Positions 1 to 8,831 of a DNA stretch of 64,000 bases are shown here, piece after piece. The stretch is taken from IMG/VR virus record IMGVR_UViG_3300044625_001067, positions 124,001 through 188,000 of that record; one strand, given 5' to 3'. The notes beneath the pieces are model-generated. The model was not told the DNA's origin. It was given only the letters and a program-made list of their open reading frames with translations, and made no database searches. How positions within the stretch are numbered: the first letter of the stretch is position 1; each line of letters begins with the position of its first letter. The position numbers and the translations under genes were made by a program.

Positions 1-608
1 CGTTTGTCTCCTCTGCCGTCCTCGTCGTAGGCGTAACAATGAATGACATCACCGGGGCTAAGAGACTGCGTGAGGAGCCCAAACATACGTCTTACGGTGA
101 GTGCCGCTTTGACTTTGTCGCGAGGGTCTTCTATACTACCGTAGTCGTACTCGCCATTTACAAGAAAATCAACTTCCTTCGTGTTCCCCTTGAACTTTAG
201 GGAAACTTCGTCAAAGTCGTTCAGTCTTCTCTTTAAGGATACAAAAGTCTGGTTCGACACGACAACTGTGGACCCATCGTCTAAGTTTCGTATGTTGTTG
301 GCCTTGTCACGATTTAGGTTAAACCTCTTGATAGCAATATCTCGTCTTTCGGGCTCATCAACTAGCTTTTCATTAATCTGTTTGGTCCACCAGCGATCTT
401 CGTACTCTTGTTCCTGTTTCTCCTCGTCGGACCTCTTCACCGCCCTGCGCAGGATTTCCTTCGCCTGCTCTACACCTTTACGGCACTTTCCCGATGTCCC
501 GTACGCAGTACCGTCCTTCCTAACGCAACGTGCGAAGTCGAGCGTGTAACCCTCAGGCAAAAGTTGCGAGAGTTTTTGAAAACTTTCGTGAGAAAAAGAA
601 CTTTGCAC
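1..608 (-). CDS. hypothetical protein (3'-truncated by window) with N-terminal 'FARCVRKDGTAYGTSGKCRKG' Cys motif
   Basis: Manual translation: open frame from GTG at 608 to the window edge (MQSSFSHESF...DFARCVRKDGTAYGTSGKCRKGVEQ...). Absent from the ORF track because incomplete. Motif shared with 43659..44171. Confidence 0.8.
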   Translation of the reverse strand, partial: MQSSFSHESFQKLSQLLPEGYTLDFARCVRKDGTAYGTSGKCRKGVEQAKEILRRAVKRSDEEKQEQEYEDRWWTKQINEKLVDEPERRDIAIKRFNLNRDKANNIRNLDDGSTVVVSNQTFVSLKRRLNDFDEVSLKFKGNTKEVDFLVNGEYDYGSIEDPRDKVKAALTVRRMFGLLTQSLSPGDVIHCYAYDEDGRGDK

Positions 609-660
609 TTGAAGATGGCACTCTTACAAATTTACCCTCTTACCTGGAAATCATCCGTAA

Positions 661-732
661 AAGCTGTAGCAGGAATCGAACCTGCGACCCACTCCGTATG
701 AAAGAGCTGTTCTACCGCTGAACTATACAGCC
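661..732 (-). tRNA. trnM: tRNA-Met or Ile2 (CAT)
   Basis: Cloverleaf GGCTGTA/TACAGCT, loop TT-CAT-AC, T loop TTCGATT; no encoded CCA. Confidence 0.9.
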
Positions 733-779
733 TTGTTCCCGCCGTGTGGCGGGGTTTTGAACCAAGGTTTATTGTACCC

Positions 780-971
780 TCAGCTAAGATTCGTAAACGC
801 ACTGAGCTGCTTCAGGAGCCAAATAGAGTGAACAATTCCGCTCACGAACGCAACGCCAATGAGACCACTTACCCAACCGACTCTGCGTTCGTGCCGCATT
901 ATTTTTTCATCAGCAATCTCGCTGGCGATACGGGTTATTTCTGCCAGGGTGGGCGGGTCGAGGAGTGTCAT
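780..971 (-). CDS. small membrane protein
   Basis: 63 aa ORF with one hydrophobic segment, co-oriented with neighbours. Confidence 0.6.
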   Translation of the reverse strand: MTLLDPPTLAEITRIASEIADEKIMRHERRVGWVSGLIGVAFVSGIVHSIWLLKQLSAFTNLS

Positions 972-978
972 TGTTTGC

Positions 979-1251
979 TCAACATTTCATCCTGGTGGTC
1001 GATGTACGATGTTCTCCGTGCGCCGTAGGGTGTCCCGACTCTGGACACGTGGATTCACTCTGTGGCAACCCTGAGTGAAGCCTATTTAGGGCTTCTTGTT
1101 CTTTCGGGCCACCAAAGGAAGGGTCAATCTCGTGGTGGAAAACCATGCTCAAGTGGTTTCGAATCATTTGAACTCGCGTCGGTGTGAGTGTGACCGGTTC
1201 GGCAAGCTCGAAGAACCCTTGAAGCCAGTAGCAAAAGTCGCGTGATTTCAT
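979..1251 (-). CDS. hypothetical protein, 'F..WLQGF' paralog 1
   Basis: MKSRDFCYWLQGFFEL; motif shared with 1291..1503 and 2752..3162. Confidence 0.8.
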   Translation of the reverse strand: MKSRDFCYWLQGFFELAEPVTLTPTRVQMIRNHLSMVFHHEIDPSFGGPKEQEALNRLHSGLPQSESTCPESGHPTAHGEHRTSTTRMKC

Positions 1252-1290
1252 TTTGGTTTAGTACTGCAATAAGTTGTGTGAAGGTTCAAG

Positions 1291-1503
1291 TCAGCAGCGG
1301 TAAATTTCACCGTTCGGGCCGGTGCCGCCAGGACTCCACGGGGTCGTACCCGTGAGTGTCTCTGTGACGGGGGTATTGGCCGTGTCAGACTTCACCTTGT
1401 TCAGGTTACTCTTAATGAGACTCACTTGGGCCTCGTTCAGTTCTACACCTGTTACCCCAAGGATAAACCCTTGGAGCCATGTTGAAAATTCGTCTTTGTT
1501 CAT
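1291..1503 (-). CDS. hypothetical protein, 'F..WLQGF' paralog 2
   Basis: Start moved to ATG 1503 (MNKDEFSTWLQGFILG) by alignment with the paralogs. Confidence 0.75.
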   Translation of the reverse strand: MNKDEFSTWLQGFILGVTGVELNEAQVSLIKSNLNKVKSDTANTPVTETLTGTTPWSPGGTGPNGEIYRC

Positions 1504-1534
1504 TTTGTATGAAGATGTGAGTGAAGTGAAGAAG

Positions 1535-2704
1535 TTAGATTGAAGTGAGCCACCTCTCCCTCTCGTCGGACCTGAGAATGACTTGTTCGCCATCTTTGAC
1601 AGCTTCCTTTGCAATTTTGTAGAGGCCAATGGCGCGACGAAACACTTCAGCCGCATTCAGTCCAGTAATTTCCTGAATCTCGTGAAACTCTTGTGCGAGT
1701 TCGTCGCTCATTCTTACCTCAAAGTGGTTGCATGGAGTTGTAGGGCTGAGCAAAGATTCTTGGTCATACAGGGGCCACTCCTCCTTTTCTATATTGTCTT
1801 CTTCGGTGCGAACAACATCTTGGACAACTGAGAGAAGAATCTTGTGTCCGTCCAAGTCAGTGTTCTGGCTACCCTCGTGTCCCCCCGGAGTCCACAGCTT
1901 TCGGGTCTTGTCCATGAAAGTATCAAGGATAATCCCCTTTAGGCAGTCTGAGAGAAACTCTTTCAGGTTGCACAGTCTTTCTTCCTGGCTAAGGCTCTCT
2001 GCTGTCGCAATACTAAAGACAATATCATCAACATTTAACGATGAAGCCGTCCTGTTGCCACTAAACAGCCCAGACAGTAATTGCTCTGTAAACAACGAGC
2101 CTGACCAGTCTAAGATATACTTGATTTTGTGCAACTCGGGGAATTTTGCGGAAAATACCCAGGTTGGCCCATACCCGTTATTCCGGTCGTTGAAAGCCCT
2201 TTCAATTTTCTCAGCTATCGCTTCAATCTGTTTCAAACAGTCGTGGTAAGTGTAAGATTTTGAATCTTGGTAGTTGTATAACGAGAAGCGGTTCAGGACC
2301 CCGTCTACAACGTCTTTGCGCATCATCGTAAATTTCACTGGCCTATTGCCCCTGTGGCTGGAAACTTGAAGGCGGTCTTCGTGACAGGACTCGAAGAACT
2401 TATCAATGTCGAACTCGTCGCGCTTCACGGCGATGTCATGGTAGCTATTCGCTCCAACTTCAAGCTCAACGAGGTTCTTTCGTAAGCCATCGAGGAGGTA
2501 GGGAAGGCTAATGCCAGAGGAGTTCTCTCCGCCACCGTAATCGTCGTACACGCTGGTGAACGGCACAAGACACGGTGTGTAAAGGCAGCTGGAATAGCAA
2601 AAGTTGTCCTTGTTTACATTTTCCTCAAGAATAAACACATAGACTGGTTGCCCAGCATGAATGTGAAGATTGGATAGACCACAAGTTTTGTTCCAACTGC
2701 CCAT
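1535..2704 (-). CDS. hypothetical protein with C-terminal ribbon-helix-helix-like segment
   Basis: 389 aa ORF. C-terminal FEVRMSDELAQEF...AAEVFRRAIGLY resembles CopG/RHH and 23282..23617. Confidence 0.8.
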   Translation of the reverse strand: MGSWNKTCGLSNLHIHAGQPVYVFILEENVNKDNFCYSSCLYTPCLVPFTSVYDDYGGGENSSGISLPYLLDGLRKNLVELEVGANSYHDIAVKRDEFDIDKFFESCHEDRLQVSSHRGNRPVKFTMMRKDVVDGVLNRFSLYNYQDSKSYTYHDCLKQIEAIAEKIERAFNDRNNGYGPTWVFSAKFPELHKIKYILDWSGSLFTEQLLSGLFSGNRTASSLNVDDIVFSIATAESLSQEERLCNLKEFLSDCLKGIILDTFMDKTRKLWTPGGHEGSQNTDLDGHKILLSVVQDVVRTEEDNIEKEEWPLYDQESLLSPTTPCNHFEVRMSDELAQEFHEIQEITGLNAAEVFRRAIGLYKIAKEAVKDGEQVILRSDERERWLTSI

Positions 2705-2751
2705 TTTATTGTATTAGCGAGATGTGAAGTTTCGGTGAAGTTGTGCGCCAG

Positions 2752-3162
2752 TCAACAATTTAAGAGAGGAAGGTTCCAAGTTTGTGTTACAGCTGGCCCC
2801 CTATAAACGTACTTGTGGGGGTTCCAGGGTTCGATACCAGGGTGCCTGTAAGGGTTGTACGGAGTGGGGATTTGAACCGGGGCTTGCGGCGACCACGGAG
2901 AGGGTACGAAGGGCGAAAGAGGGACTTTCTTCTCCCGGTCTCTCAAGTACTCGTCGTAGACCCTGCGAAGTTCCTCCGATACTGAGTCGCTGGTGCGGCA
3001 ATCTGAGTCGGGATTAAAATGTGTAAAAACTGCGTGGAGCTTTTCTTTTAGGACAGAAAGCTGGTTGGATGTAAGTTCACTGCCAGCTCCCTCTAAGAAG
3101 CCTTGAAGCCAGATGCAAAATGTTGCCGGTGTTGTCTTCGGTTGTGTGTCTGTCATGGTCAC
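2752..3162 (-). CDS. hypothetical protein, 'F..WLQGF' paralog 3
   Basis: ATFCIWLQGFLEG...LTSNQLSVLKEKL with a Pro-rich tail. Confidence 0.8.
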   Translation of the reverse strand: MTMTDTQPKTTPATFCIWLQGFLEGAGSELTSNQLSVLKEKLHAVFTHFNPDSDCRTSDSVSEELRRVYDEYLRDREKKVPLSPFVPSPWSPQAPVQIPTPYNPYRHPGIEPWNPHKYVYRGPAVTQTWNLPLLNC

Positions 3163-3488
3163 TCGTCTAGGTTTTCACAAGGGTCATAGGGACTAGGCAC
3201 GCCTCGGATTGTATCAAGGTGCCACCACAGGGACTTTCCAGGCTTGTCACTTATTTCCGGGAACAACGCGATAAGGGCACTCCCTTCTTCCTGCGTTATC
3301 ACTTCTGCACGCCGAAAGCCGTTTCCTCGAAAGGGGTTACCATCCGAGTCGACAATGTCGTGTCTAACTTTGGTGTACTGAGTGAGGGGTTTATGGTAAG
3401 ATCCCACACAGAAATGATCACAGGGGTCGCCGTCGTCGTACTTGGTGGCGAGGACGTAGTCCCCTTCCTTTAGTGTTTCTCCCATCAT
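3159..3488 (-). CDS. hypothetical phage protein
   Basis: 3' part of ORF 3159..3704; start moved to ATG 3488 to avoid overlap with the upstream gene. Confidence 0.7.
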   Translation of the reverse strand: MMGETLKEGDYVLATKYDDGDPCDHFCVGSYHKPLTQYTKVRHDIVDSDGNPFRGNGFRRAEVITQEEGSALIALFPEISDKPGKSLWWHLDTIRGVPSPYDPCENLDE

Positions 3489-3489
3489 T

Positions 3490-3729
3490 CTATCTACTCT
3501 CAACAACAACGTAGTCTTTGAGCCGAGACTCTGGGATCGCTTTGGGATCCCCGTTCGCAAACATACGCTGGGCTGCCAGGTAGCCCCCAGTGCGCAAATG
3601 CGGTGTAATAAGATAGACCCTATAAAGGTTTCCATCCCGTTTGTTCCGGAAAACAGTGGTGTCGTCGCTACGTGGAGCTTTGTCAAAGGCAAACCCTCGG
3701 TCAACGAGTTGTTTCAGAGTTGTTTTCAT
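3490..3729 (-). CDS. hypothetical protein
   Basis: MKTTLKQLVDRGF..., ATG at 3729, tightly packed. Confidence 0.65.
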   Translation of the reverse strand: MKTTLKQLVDRGFAFDKAPRSDDTTVFRNKRDGNLYRVYLITPHLRTGGYLAAQRMFANGDPKAIPESRLKDYVVVESR

Positions 3730-3780
3730 GGGGATTTTAGAGGGGTTTATGGGGGCCACCAAGGAGGCAGCCCCGTGAGA

Positions 3781-4002
3781 CTAGGCGGATGGGGCCAACT
3801 CAACCCAGTATGCGGTTGGACATCCCTCTTCTCGGATTTTCGTGCTCACAACGAGTCCCTTTTTGACCAGACTCCCGAGAGTTCCGTTGGTGCTTAGGCT
3901 CTCATCGGCCAGCTCGTGTAGCCAACCTGATCCAGGTGCGTCCATACCTTTGGTAATGGAGTTCAGAAGGGAAGTTTCTTGGGGAGTGAGGGTGGCGGTC
4001 AT
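3781..4002 (-). CDS. hypothetical protein (winged-helix-like, low confidence)
   Basis: 73 aa ORF directly downstream of promoter cassette 4026..4090. Confidence 0.7.
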   Translation of the reverse strand: MTATLTPQETSLLNSITKGMDAPGSGWLHELADESLSTNGTLGSLVKKGLVVSTKIREEGCPTAYWVELAPSA

Positions 4003-4025
4003 GGCTGAGTTGGTTCGCTGTAATT

Positions 4026-4090
4026 ATTATACCGTTTCTGCGCCGCAGAAACAAGGGTGGAAACCGTCGGTTTAGGTTCGGTAAACCGCC
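4026..4090 (-). promoter_or_regulatory. repeated promoter cassette
   Basis: Two dyads 22 bp apart, TTGTTT-17-TATAAT, spacer dyad TTTCTGC-GGC-GCAGAAA. Confidence 0.85.
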
Positions 4091-4119
4091 CACTTTAGTG
4101 TAACCTTGCGACAGGGACC

Positions 4120-4359
4120 TCAGTCGTACTCGGCCAAAGTCACCTCCGGCTCATTTTGTACACCGTAGAAAACATTACCTTTTACAACTTCCCTGTGTGC
4201 TTCAAACTCCCATACGCTTACACTCTTCCCCTCATCGCCATCTATTTTACAGATAAGGGGTACCTCTAACGCTTTGTCCACAGCGTCTTCTTTGTCCACA
4301 GCGTCCACAATCATTATGACGCTCATTGTACAGGGGAGAATGACTTCGAACTTAGGCAT
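4120..4359 (-). CDS. hypothetical protein
   Basis: MPKFEVILPC..., ATG at 4359. Confidence 0.65.
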   Translation of the reverse strand: MPKFEVILPCTMSVIMIVDAVDKEDAVDKALEVPLICKIDGDEGKSVSVWEFEAHREVVKGNVFYGVQNEPEVTLAEYD

Positions 4360-4430
4360 GGTTTGACTTAGGTTGATAAGGGATGTGAGTTTAGGTTGCC
4401 CAGCGACACTATCACAGGTGGGTCCGCAAG

Positions 4431-4727
4431 TCAAGGTAAAACAGTGGCCCGGTACATCCAAGACGCGGAGTAATGCTGCAACTCAGCCAACTTGCTGAAC
4501 ATATCCTCCCGGTCAAGTTGGGCTTGCTTCCAGGCACCCTCTGAGTGAAAGTCCCGGGCGTCGCAAGTGGCGGCTGCCAGAGCCTCGCAGGCCCGGTTAA
4601 GCGCCTGGTGTGCAGCCTGGTACTCGTCGGCTAGCTCTCTAGCTCCAGTGCCGGAGCCTTCTGAGTGGGCCGTGGGCAGTTCATAAGGCTCTACGTATCT
4701 TTCTGCGGGAATAGAGTAGCGTGACAA
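4431..4727 (-). CDS. hypothetical protein
   Basis: 3' part of ORF 4431..4829; TTG start at 4727 is a guess that avoids overlap. Confidence 0.55.
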   Translation of the reverse strand: MSRYSIPAERYVEPYELPTAHSEGSGTGARELADEYQAAHQALNRACEALAAATCDARDFHSEGAWKQAQLDREDMFSKLAELQHYSASWMYRATVLP

Positions 4728-4750
4728 TTCACTTAGCAGGGTGGGGTGGT

Positions 4751-4948
4751 TTAGGGTCCAATACGCCGAGCAGGAACCACACGTAAACACTCTGGAGCGA
4801 CTACTCCGGCGGCAGCAAGCTCGTAGCAAGCTGACTCCGCGTCTCCTTCAGTGTGCCAGCGGTTGTCTCCTTCAGTGGCGCCATGGCCCAGGAAGCTGGG
4901 GTCGTCGGTCCATCCGAGAGTCTTAGACAAAGTTTCGATTTTAAACAT
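4751..4948 (-). CDS. hypothetical protein
   Basis: 65 aa ORF, ATG start, fits the packing. Confidence 0.65.
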   Translation of the reverse strand: MFKIETLSKTLGWTDDPSFLGHGATEGDNRWHTEGDAESACYELAAAGVVAPECLRVVPARRIGP

Positions 4949-4959
4949 GGGTCACGTAG

Positions 4960-5178
4960 TTAGGATTTAAGACACCAGTCGAACCTGCTAAACCTGTCAA
5001 TTTCGGCAGGGAAGTCATGTATTCCCCTCATTCTCGTAGCGTGTTTCCTTATGAAATCAGGGCAAACACGCGGATAGTCGGCTACCACCTTTTCAACTGC
5101 GGCTGTCCCATGATAGTCTAACCAAGACTGACTTTCTTTTAGTAGTCTAGTCCTTGTTTTCTCAGAAATCGGTACCAT
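4960..5178 (-). CDS. hypothetical protein
   Basis: 72 aa ORF, fits the packing. Confidence 0.6.
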   Translation of the reverse strand: MVPISEKTRTRLLKESQSWLDYHGTAAVEKVVADYPRVCPDFIRKHATRMRGIHDFPAEIDRFSRFDWCLKS

Positions 5179-5202
5179 GCGCCAATGCAGTGAGTTGGGG
5201 GC

Positions 5203-5418
5203 TCAGGTAGCTTTGCTACGCTTCAGCTGCTGTAACAAAATGTAGTGATTACCGCTGTTGGGCTTGCAATCTGAGTTGCCCATACAGAAGTCGAAGGCTT
5301 CGCAAAGCCGTCGAACTTCTGCGTCTGTCAGAAGTAGTCGGTGCAGCTTGGCGTCTGGAATCGGAAGAGTACCGTTGGTAAGGGTGCTGGCCAGACTGTT
5401 TCGCTTGTCTTTTGACAT
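5203..5418 (-). CDS. hypothetical protein
   Basis: ATG 5418 (MSKDKRNSL) lies just downstream of promoter cassette 5441..5505. Confidence 0.65.
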   Translation of the reverse strand: MSKDKRNSLASTLTNGTLPIPDAKLHRLLLTDAEVRRLCEAFDFCMGNSDCKPNSGNHYILLQQLKRSKAT

Positions 5419-5440
5419 GGAGGTTCCTTTCAACTCCTTT

Positions 5441-5505
5441 ATTATACCGTTTCTCCCCCGCAGAAACAAGGGGGGAAACCGTCAGTGTAGGTACGGTAAA
5501 CCGCC
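5441..5505 (-). promoter_or_regulatory. repeated promoter cassette
   Basis: Two dyads 22 bp apart, TTGTTT-17-TATAAT. Confidence 0.85.
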
Positions 5506-5524
5506 CCATTGGGCCGATTACAGC

Positions 5525-5944
5525 CTAAAACCCAAACTTCTTGATGGCTTCTCTTTCTTCGACTGTCAATTTGGCTAACGCACTACGGTGGGCGGCACGG
5601 TCTTTTCGTCTGGTCTCGTTAGCTTGCGTCCCCCTTTCAACACGAGAAGTCCATTCCTCGTCTGTTTCAGGACGATCACGAAAGTACCTTGTCTCAGCAC
5701 TACTTCGTGCTTCACCGTACTCGTCGAGATTAGCCGAGACAAAAGTATATATGTTGTCGAACCCCTTTTCTTTCACTCGCGTAAGGTAATCAACCACTTC
5801 TGCTATGCTCCCGGAAAAGATTTGGTCCGGGTAATCAGTGTGTATCCCGCGATAGGATGAATTCCATGTTGAAGAAAGAGGGGATTCTAACATCCACTCC
5901 CGAACGGTGTGGCGGGGATGAAATCTTGGGTTTGGGGTTTCCAC
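5525..5944 (-). CDS. hypothetical protein
   Basis: 139 aa ORF. Confidence 0.7.
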   Translation of the reverse strand: METPNPRFHPRHTVREWMLESPLSSTWNSSYRGIHTDYPDQIFSGSIAEVVDYLTRVKEKGFDNIYTFVSANLDEYGEARSSAETRYFRDRPETDEEWTSRVERGTQANETRRKDRAAHRSALAKLTVEEREAIKKFGF

Positions 5945-6009
5945 GTTGTTAATCGGTTTTAGTTTAAGGGTAGCTTTTACGGGCTACCCCGGAAGCCTTA
6001 AGCGTCGTG

Positions 6010-6462
6010 TCAGATGCAAGTTTGAGAGAGGATGTCAAGATTGGCATCGACCCACTCTTTCCCGTTGCTGTACACCTCGTCTTTAACCCCAATCGCAATA
6101 TAGTCAGGGTGGTACACTTTCGTGTCACCTTCAAGGGTCTCAAGGGTGATCTCGAAGCCGGGGGGCACGGCTACTATTTTGGCCAGAGCCTTGCGGCGAT
6201 ACACTCCCACTCCCGAGTTCGGCACAGTCTCTTCCCAGCTATCTGCAAAGATGTCAATCTTGCAAGGGTAGGGGTGGGACCCGTCTAAAGGTTCGAGTAC
6301 GTAATCGACCCCTTGAACCGCTGTCAAGTCTCCGTAAGACAAAGAGAAGACTTCTTCTCCAACCGCTTCACGTTTTTTCACCAAAGTCTTTCGACGGGCA
6401 AGGATCGGGGCACCGAACTGAGCTTCAACTTGGGCACCGGTTGAGAAAGTTAGTCGTTTCAC
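6010..6462 (-). CDS. hypothetical protein (PGDYG-like family, tentative)
   Basis: 150 aa ORF containing GDLTAVQGVDYVLEP...YPCKIDIF. Confidence 0.7.
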   Translation of the reverse strand: MKRLTFSTGAQVEAQFGAPILARRKTLVKKREAVGEEVFSLSYGDLTAVQGVDYVLEPLDGSHPYPCKIDIFADSWEETVPNSGVGVYRRKALAKIVAVPPGFEITLETLEGDTKVYHPDYIAIGVKDEVYSNGKEWVDANLDILSQTCI

Positions 6463-6509
6463 TGTTGTTTAAGTGTGAGGAGATGAATTGGCGTGCCCCC
6501 GAAGGGGAA

Positions 6510-6582
6510 AGTTCCAGGTCGGATTCGAACCGACGATACGGGCTTTGCAGGCCCGCGCCTTAGGCCGCTTGGCGACTGGAAC
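6510..6582 (-). tRNA. trnC: tRNA-Cys (GCA)
   Basis: GTTCCAG/CTGGAAC, loop CT-GCA-AA, U73 discriminator. Confidence 0.95.
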
Positions 6583-6709
6583 ATTAAACCCTGTTTAAGG
6601 GTGCCCAAGGGGGGAGTAAACTATTTAGAGCCGGACGGTGTTGAAGCATTCTGTACCAATCTAAGACGTGTTCGAGAGATAAGTTTCCAAAGGTGACACA
6701 TCAAAGACC

Positions 6710-7015
6710 TCAGTGGCTGGGGGATGATAACCCACAAACAGTACTTCCCGAAGGTATCGGCCTTGGTTTCTGCTCACGGGTTTGCCATTTCTTTTCGAGG
6801 AACTCAGTATCCCGCTGAATAATTTCGTTAAGCCTTTCGTAAAATCGTTCTAACTTTTGATCGACCTCTTCTCTGTCTAACGTCCGTGGCATACTGTAGC
6901 GACCCTTTTCTAGTGCGACTAATGCGTCACGAACTAAAGTTTTGAGAGATCCCACTTGACTCCCAAGATGATACATCTCGTCTCGCTGCTGGACCAGGGA
7001 ATTAATGTTTGCCAT
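6710..7015 (-). CDS. hypothetical coiled-coil protein
   Basis: 101 aa ORF. Confidence 0.7.
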   Translation of the reverse strand: MANINSLVQQRDEMYHLGSQVGSLKTLVRDALVALEKGRYSMPRTLDREEVDQKLERFYERLNEIIQRDTEFLEKKWQTREQKPRPIPSGSTVCGLSSPSH

Positions 7016-7046
7016 GACTTTGTAAGCGAAGGAACTTGGATTGAGA

Positions 7047-7283
7047 TCAGTTAAGCAATAATTGTTCTATTTGACCAAGGATGGACTCTGTATAACCGGC
7101 AATGAAGCCGTAGGCTTGCCTGGGGTCGGTTTCCCCCCGGACCCCTACACAACCGCATTCTGCGCAGTAGTGCTTTTTACGGGGCTTTTTAGGCCCGTCA
7201 GTTTGACCGGACAGAGCCTTGGACCGGGCTTCCTTCTCCGACTGAATGAGTCGGAGGATTTGTTGCTTGGTGGTGTCTTCCAT
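7047..7283 (-). CDS. hypothetical protein with CxxC
   Basis: 78 aa ORF directly after promoter cassette 7290..7354. Confidence 0.7.
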   Translation of the reverse strand: MEDTTKQQILRLIQSEKEARSKALSGQTDGPKKPRKKHYCAECGCVGVRGETDPRQAYGFIAGYTESILGQIEQLLLN

Positions 7284-7289
7284 GCACTT

Positions 7290-7354
7290 ACTATACCGTT
7301 TCTGCGGGGCAGAACCAAGCCGGGAAACCGGCCAAGGAAAGGCGGTTAACCGCC
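7290..7354 (-). promoter_or_regulatory. repeated promoter cassette
   Basis: Distal dyad is the perfect palindrome GGCGGTTAACCGCC (7341-7354); TTGGTT-17-TATAGT. Confidence 0.85.
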
Positions 7355-7409
7355 TTCAACCGAACGGGAACTTACAAACTCTTTTAGCTTCTGCAGGACT
7401 CCTATGGCG

Positions 7410-7775
7410 TTAAATCTGTGAAAAGACCAGGGCCAAGTAAGTGAGTTGGTGAAGAAGCTGGTCAATGCCGATGAGAACCCAGAACTCCTTGTTGGTGGGT
7501 GAGAGCCTTAGGGTTCGAGCGAGATTTTGCTTTAACCAGTCAATGTGATAGTGTAGCACACCATCAATCAACCCTAAGAGGATGGACTCGGTGGGAAAGA
7601 AGGGTAGGAACACGAGCATTGTTGCAAGTGCATGCTTCGCCGAGTGCTGTATTCCAACAGGATGGAGGTAGGTGCCCTTGTGCTTCACCTCGTCGTCTGT
7701 TTGCAACAACCAGTCCACAACAAAGTGCTTGACAAGGAGCAAAGTCACAAGGAGCAAGACTCGTGAGGAATCCAT
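7410..7775 (-). CDS. DUF3307-like membrane protein
   Basis: KHFVVDWLLQT...HSAKHALAT...LHYHIDWLK...IGIDQLLHQL motifs; ATG at 7775 chosen. Confidence 0.8.
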   Translation of the reverse strand: MDSSRVLLLVTLLLVKHFVVDWLLQTDDEVKHKGTYLHPVGIQHSAKHALATMLVFLPFFPTESILLGLIDGVLHYHIDWLKQNLARTLRLSPTNKEFWVLIGIDQLLHQLTYLALVFSQI

Positions 7776-7798
7776 ACAAATACTCGCACTCAAAGATA

Positions 7799-7869
7799 AG
7801 CCCCCAGCGAGAGTTGAACTCGCGTCTCCTCCTTACCAAAGAGGTACTCTGCCACTGAGCTATGGGGGC
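7799..7869 (-). tRNA. trnT: tRNA-Thr (GGT)
   Basis: GCCCCCA/TGGGGGC, loop TT-GGT-AA. Confidence 0.93.
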
Positions 7870-7984
7870 GTTCACCAGGAAGAACCTGGAAACCGGCACG
7901 GTAGCTACATACCTGAGATGCGAAGGCGCATTGCCAGATTTCCACATTGTGAAAACTTTGCCCTTCCTCCAGATTCAGAGCAAA

Positions 7985-8056
7985 TGGGAGATACTGGGAT
8001 CGAACCAGTGACGGCCTGTTTGTAGGACAGGTGCTCTACCGCTGAGCTAATCTCCC
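7985..8056 (-). tRNA. trnV: tRNA-Val (TAC), atypical C33
   Basis: GGGAGAT/ATCTCCC, loop CC-TAC-AA. Confidence 0.9.
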
Positions 8057-8087
8057 GATAAGGGGCAACTTTAATTGCCCGCGTATT

Positions 8088-8282
8088 TCAGTCCAGGAGG
8101 ACAAAAACGGAGTTTTGTATCACGTCCGACCCAAAGAAGACAGGACCGTCCTCCGTATCAAAATTGAAGTACTCAAGATCCTTCAGCTTAGTAGTTAACA
8201 TCTGGGTGAGTTCTTTCCTTTGGTTTAGGTGAAGATCCACATACACGAAGACCCCCATAGGGGTGATTGCTCTGATTTTCAT
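8088..8282 (-). CDS. hypothetical protein
   Basis: 64 aa ORF. Confidence 0.65.
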   Translation of the reverse strand: MKIRAITPMGVFVYVDLHLNQRKELTQMLTTKLKDLEYFNFDTEDGPVFFGSDVIQNSVFVLLD

Positions 8283-8297
8283 CGTTGGCTCTAGGGT

Positions 8298-8537
8298 TCA
8301 GGGGGCGAGTCGAAGGTAGTTAACTACCAGCTCAATAAAGAAGTCGTCGGTGTGCCCGTTCCCATGAATCTGAACAAACTCACGAAGCCGGTTCCGAATC
8401 TCACTGTGAGTTACAGTACCGTTGTCGAGAAGGTCAATTAGCTGTCCAGAAATGGACACGCAAAGCTCGTTCTCTTCACGAGCACTGAGGCACCGAATGC
8501 TGCCGAAGGAAGTTTCAGGCATTGGAGAGGAGTTCAT
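8298..8537 (-). CDS. hypothetical protein, paralog of 14840..15064
   Basis: Shared LSAR.E.ELCVSI.G.L..LL...TH.EI...HGNGH.DDFF. Confidence 0.8.
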   Translation of the reverse strand: MNSSPMPETSFGSIRCLSAREENELCVSISGQLIDLLDNGTVTHSEIRNRLREFVQIHGNGHTDDFFIELVVNYLRLAP

Positions 8538-8724
8538 GCTCGCGGCCTGCCTCGATCCCTGCGTCTAAGAGAGCCATAACAAGGGATAGAAACCTCGCTT
8601 GAGACACAGGGTCTGGGTCAATGTGGCTTTCGGAAAACCGCTTGACACGGTCAAGCAGACCGGGGGTTTCGTTTAGGGGCTTGACACGGTCAAGCAGACC
8701 GGGGGTTTCGTTTAGGGGGTCCAT
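8515..8724 (-). CDS. hypothetical protein with duplicated 13-aa unit
   Basis: PLNETPGLLDRVK twice; follows promoter cassette 8748. Confidence 0.65.
   Translation of the reverse strand: MDPLNETPGLLDRVKPLNETPGLLDRVKRFSESHIDPDPVSQARFLSLVMALLDAGIEAGREHELLSNA
8641..8718. repeat. perfect 39-bp tandem duplication
   Basis: cttgacacggtcaagcagaccgggggtttcgtttagggg at 8641-8679 and 8680-8718. Confidence 0.95.
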
Positions 8725-8747
8725 GGTGCTTTGGTTTCAGCCTAACT

Positions 8748-8812
8748 ACTATAGCGTGTCTGCGGCGCAGAAACAAGGGTGGAAACCGTCCGGGTTGGGG
8801 CGGTAACCCCTG
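8748..8812 (-). promoter_or_regulatory. repeated promoter cassette
   Basis: Two dyads 22 bp apart, TTGTTT-17-TATAGT. Confidence 0.85.
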
Positions 8813-8831
8813 CTATCCAAAGGTTAGGGCC

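Noticed and set aside
181-549. Plus-strand ORFs 181..549 and 408..701
   Set aside because: They are antisense to the real minus-strand gene 1..608 or overlap the tRNA.
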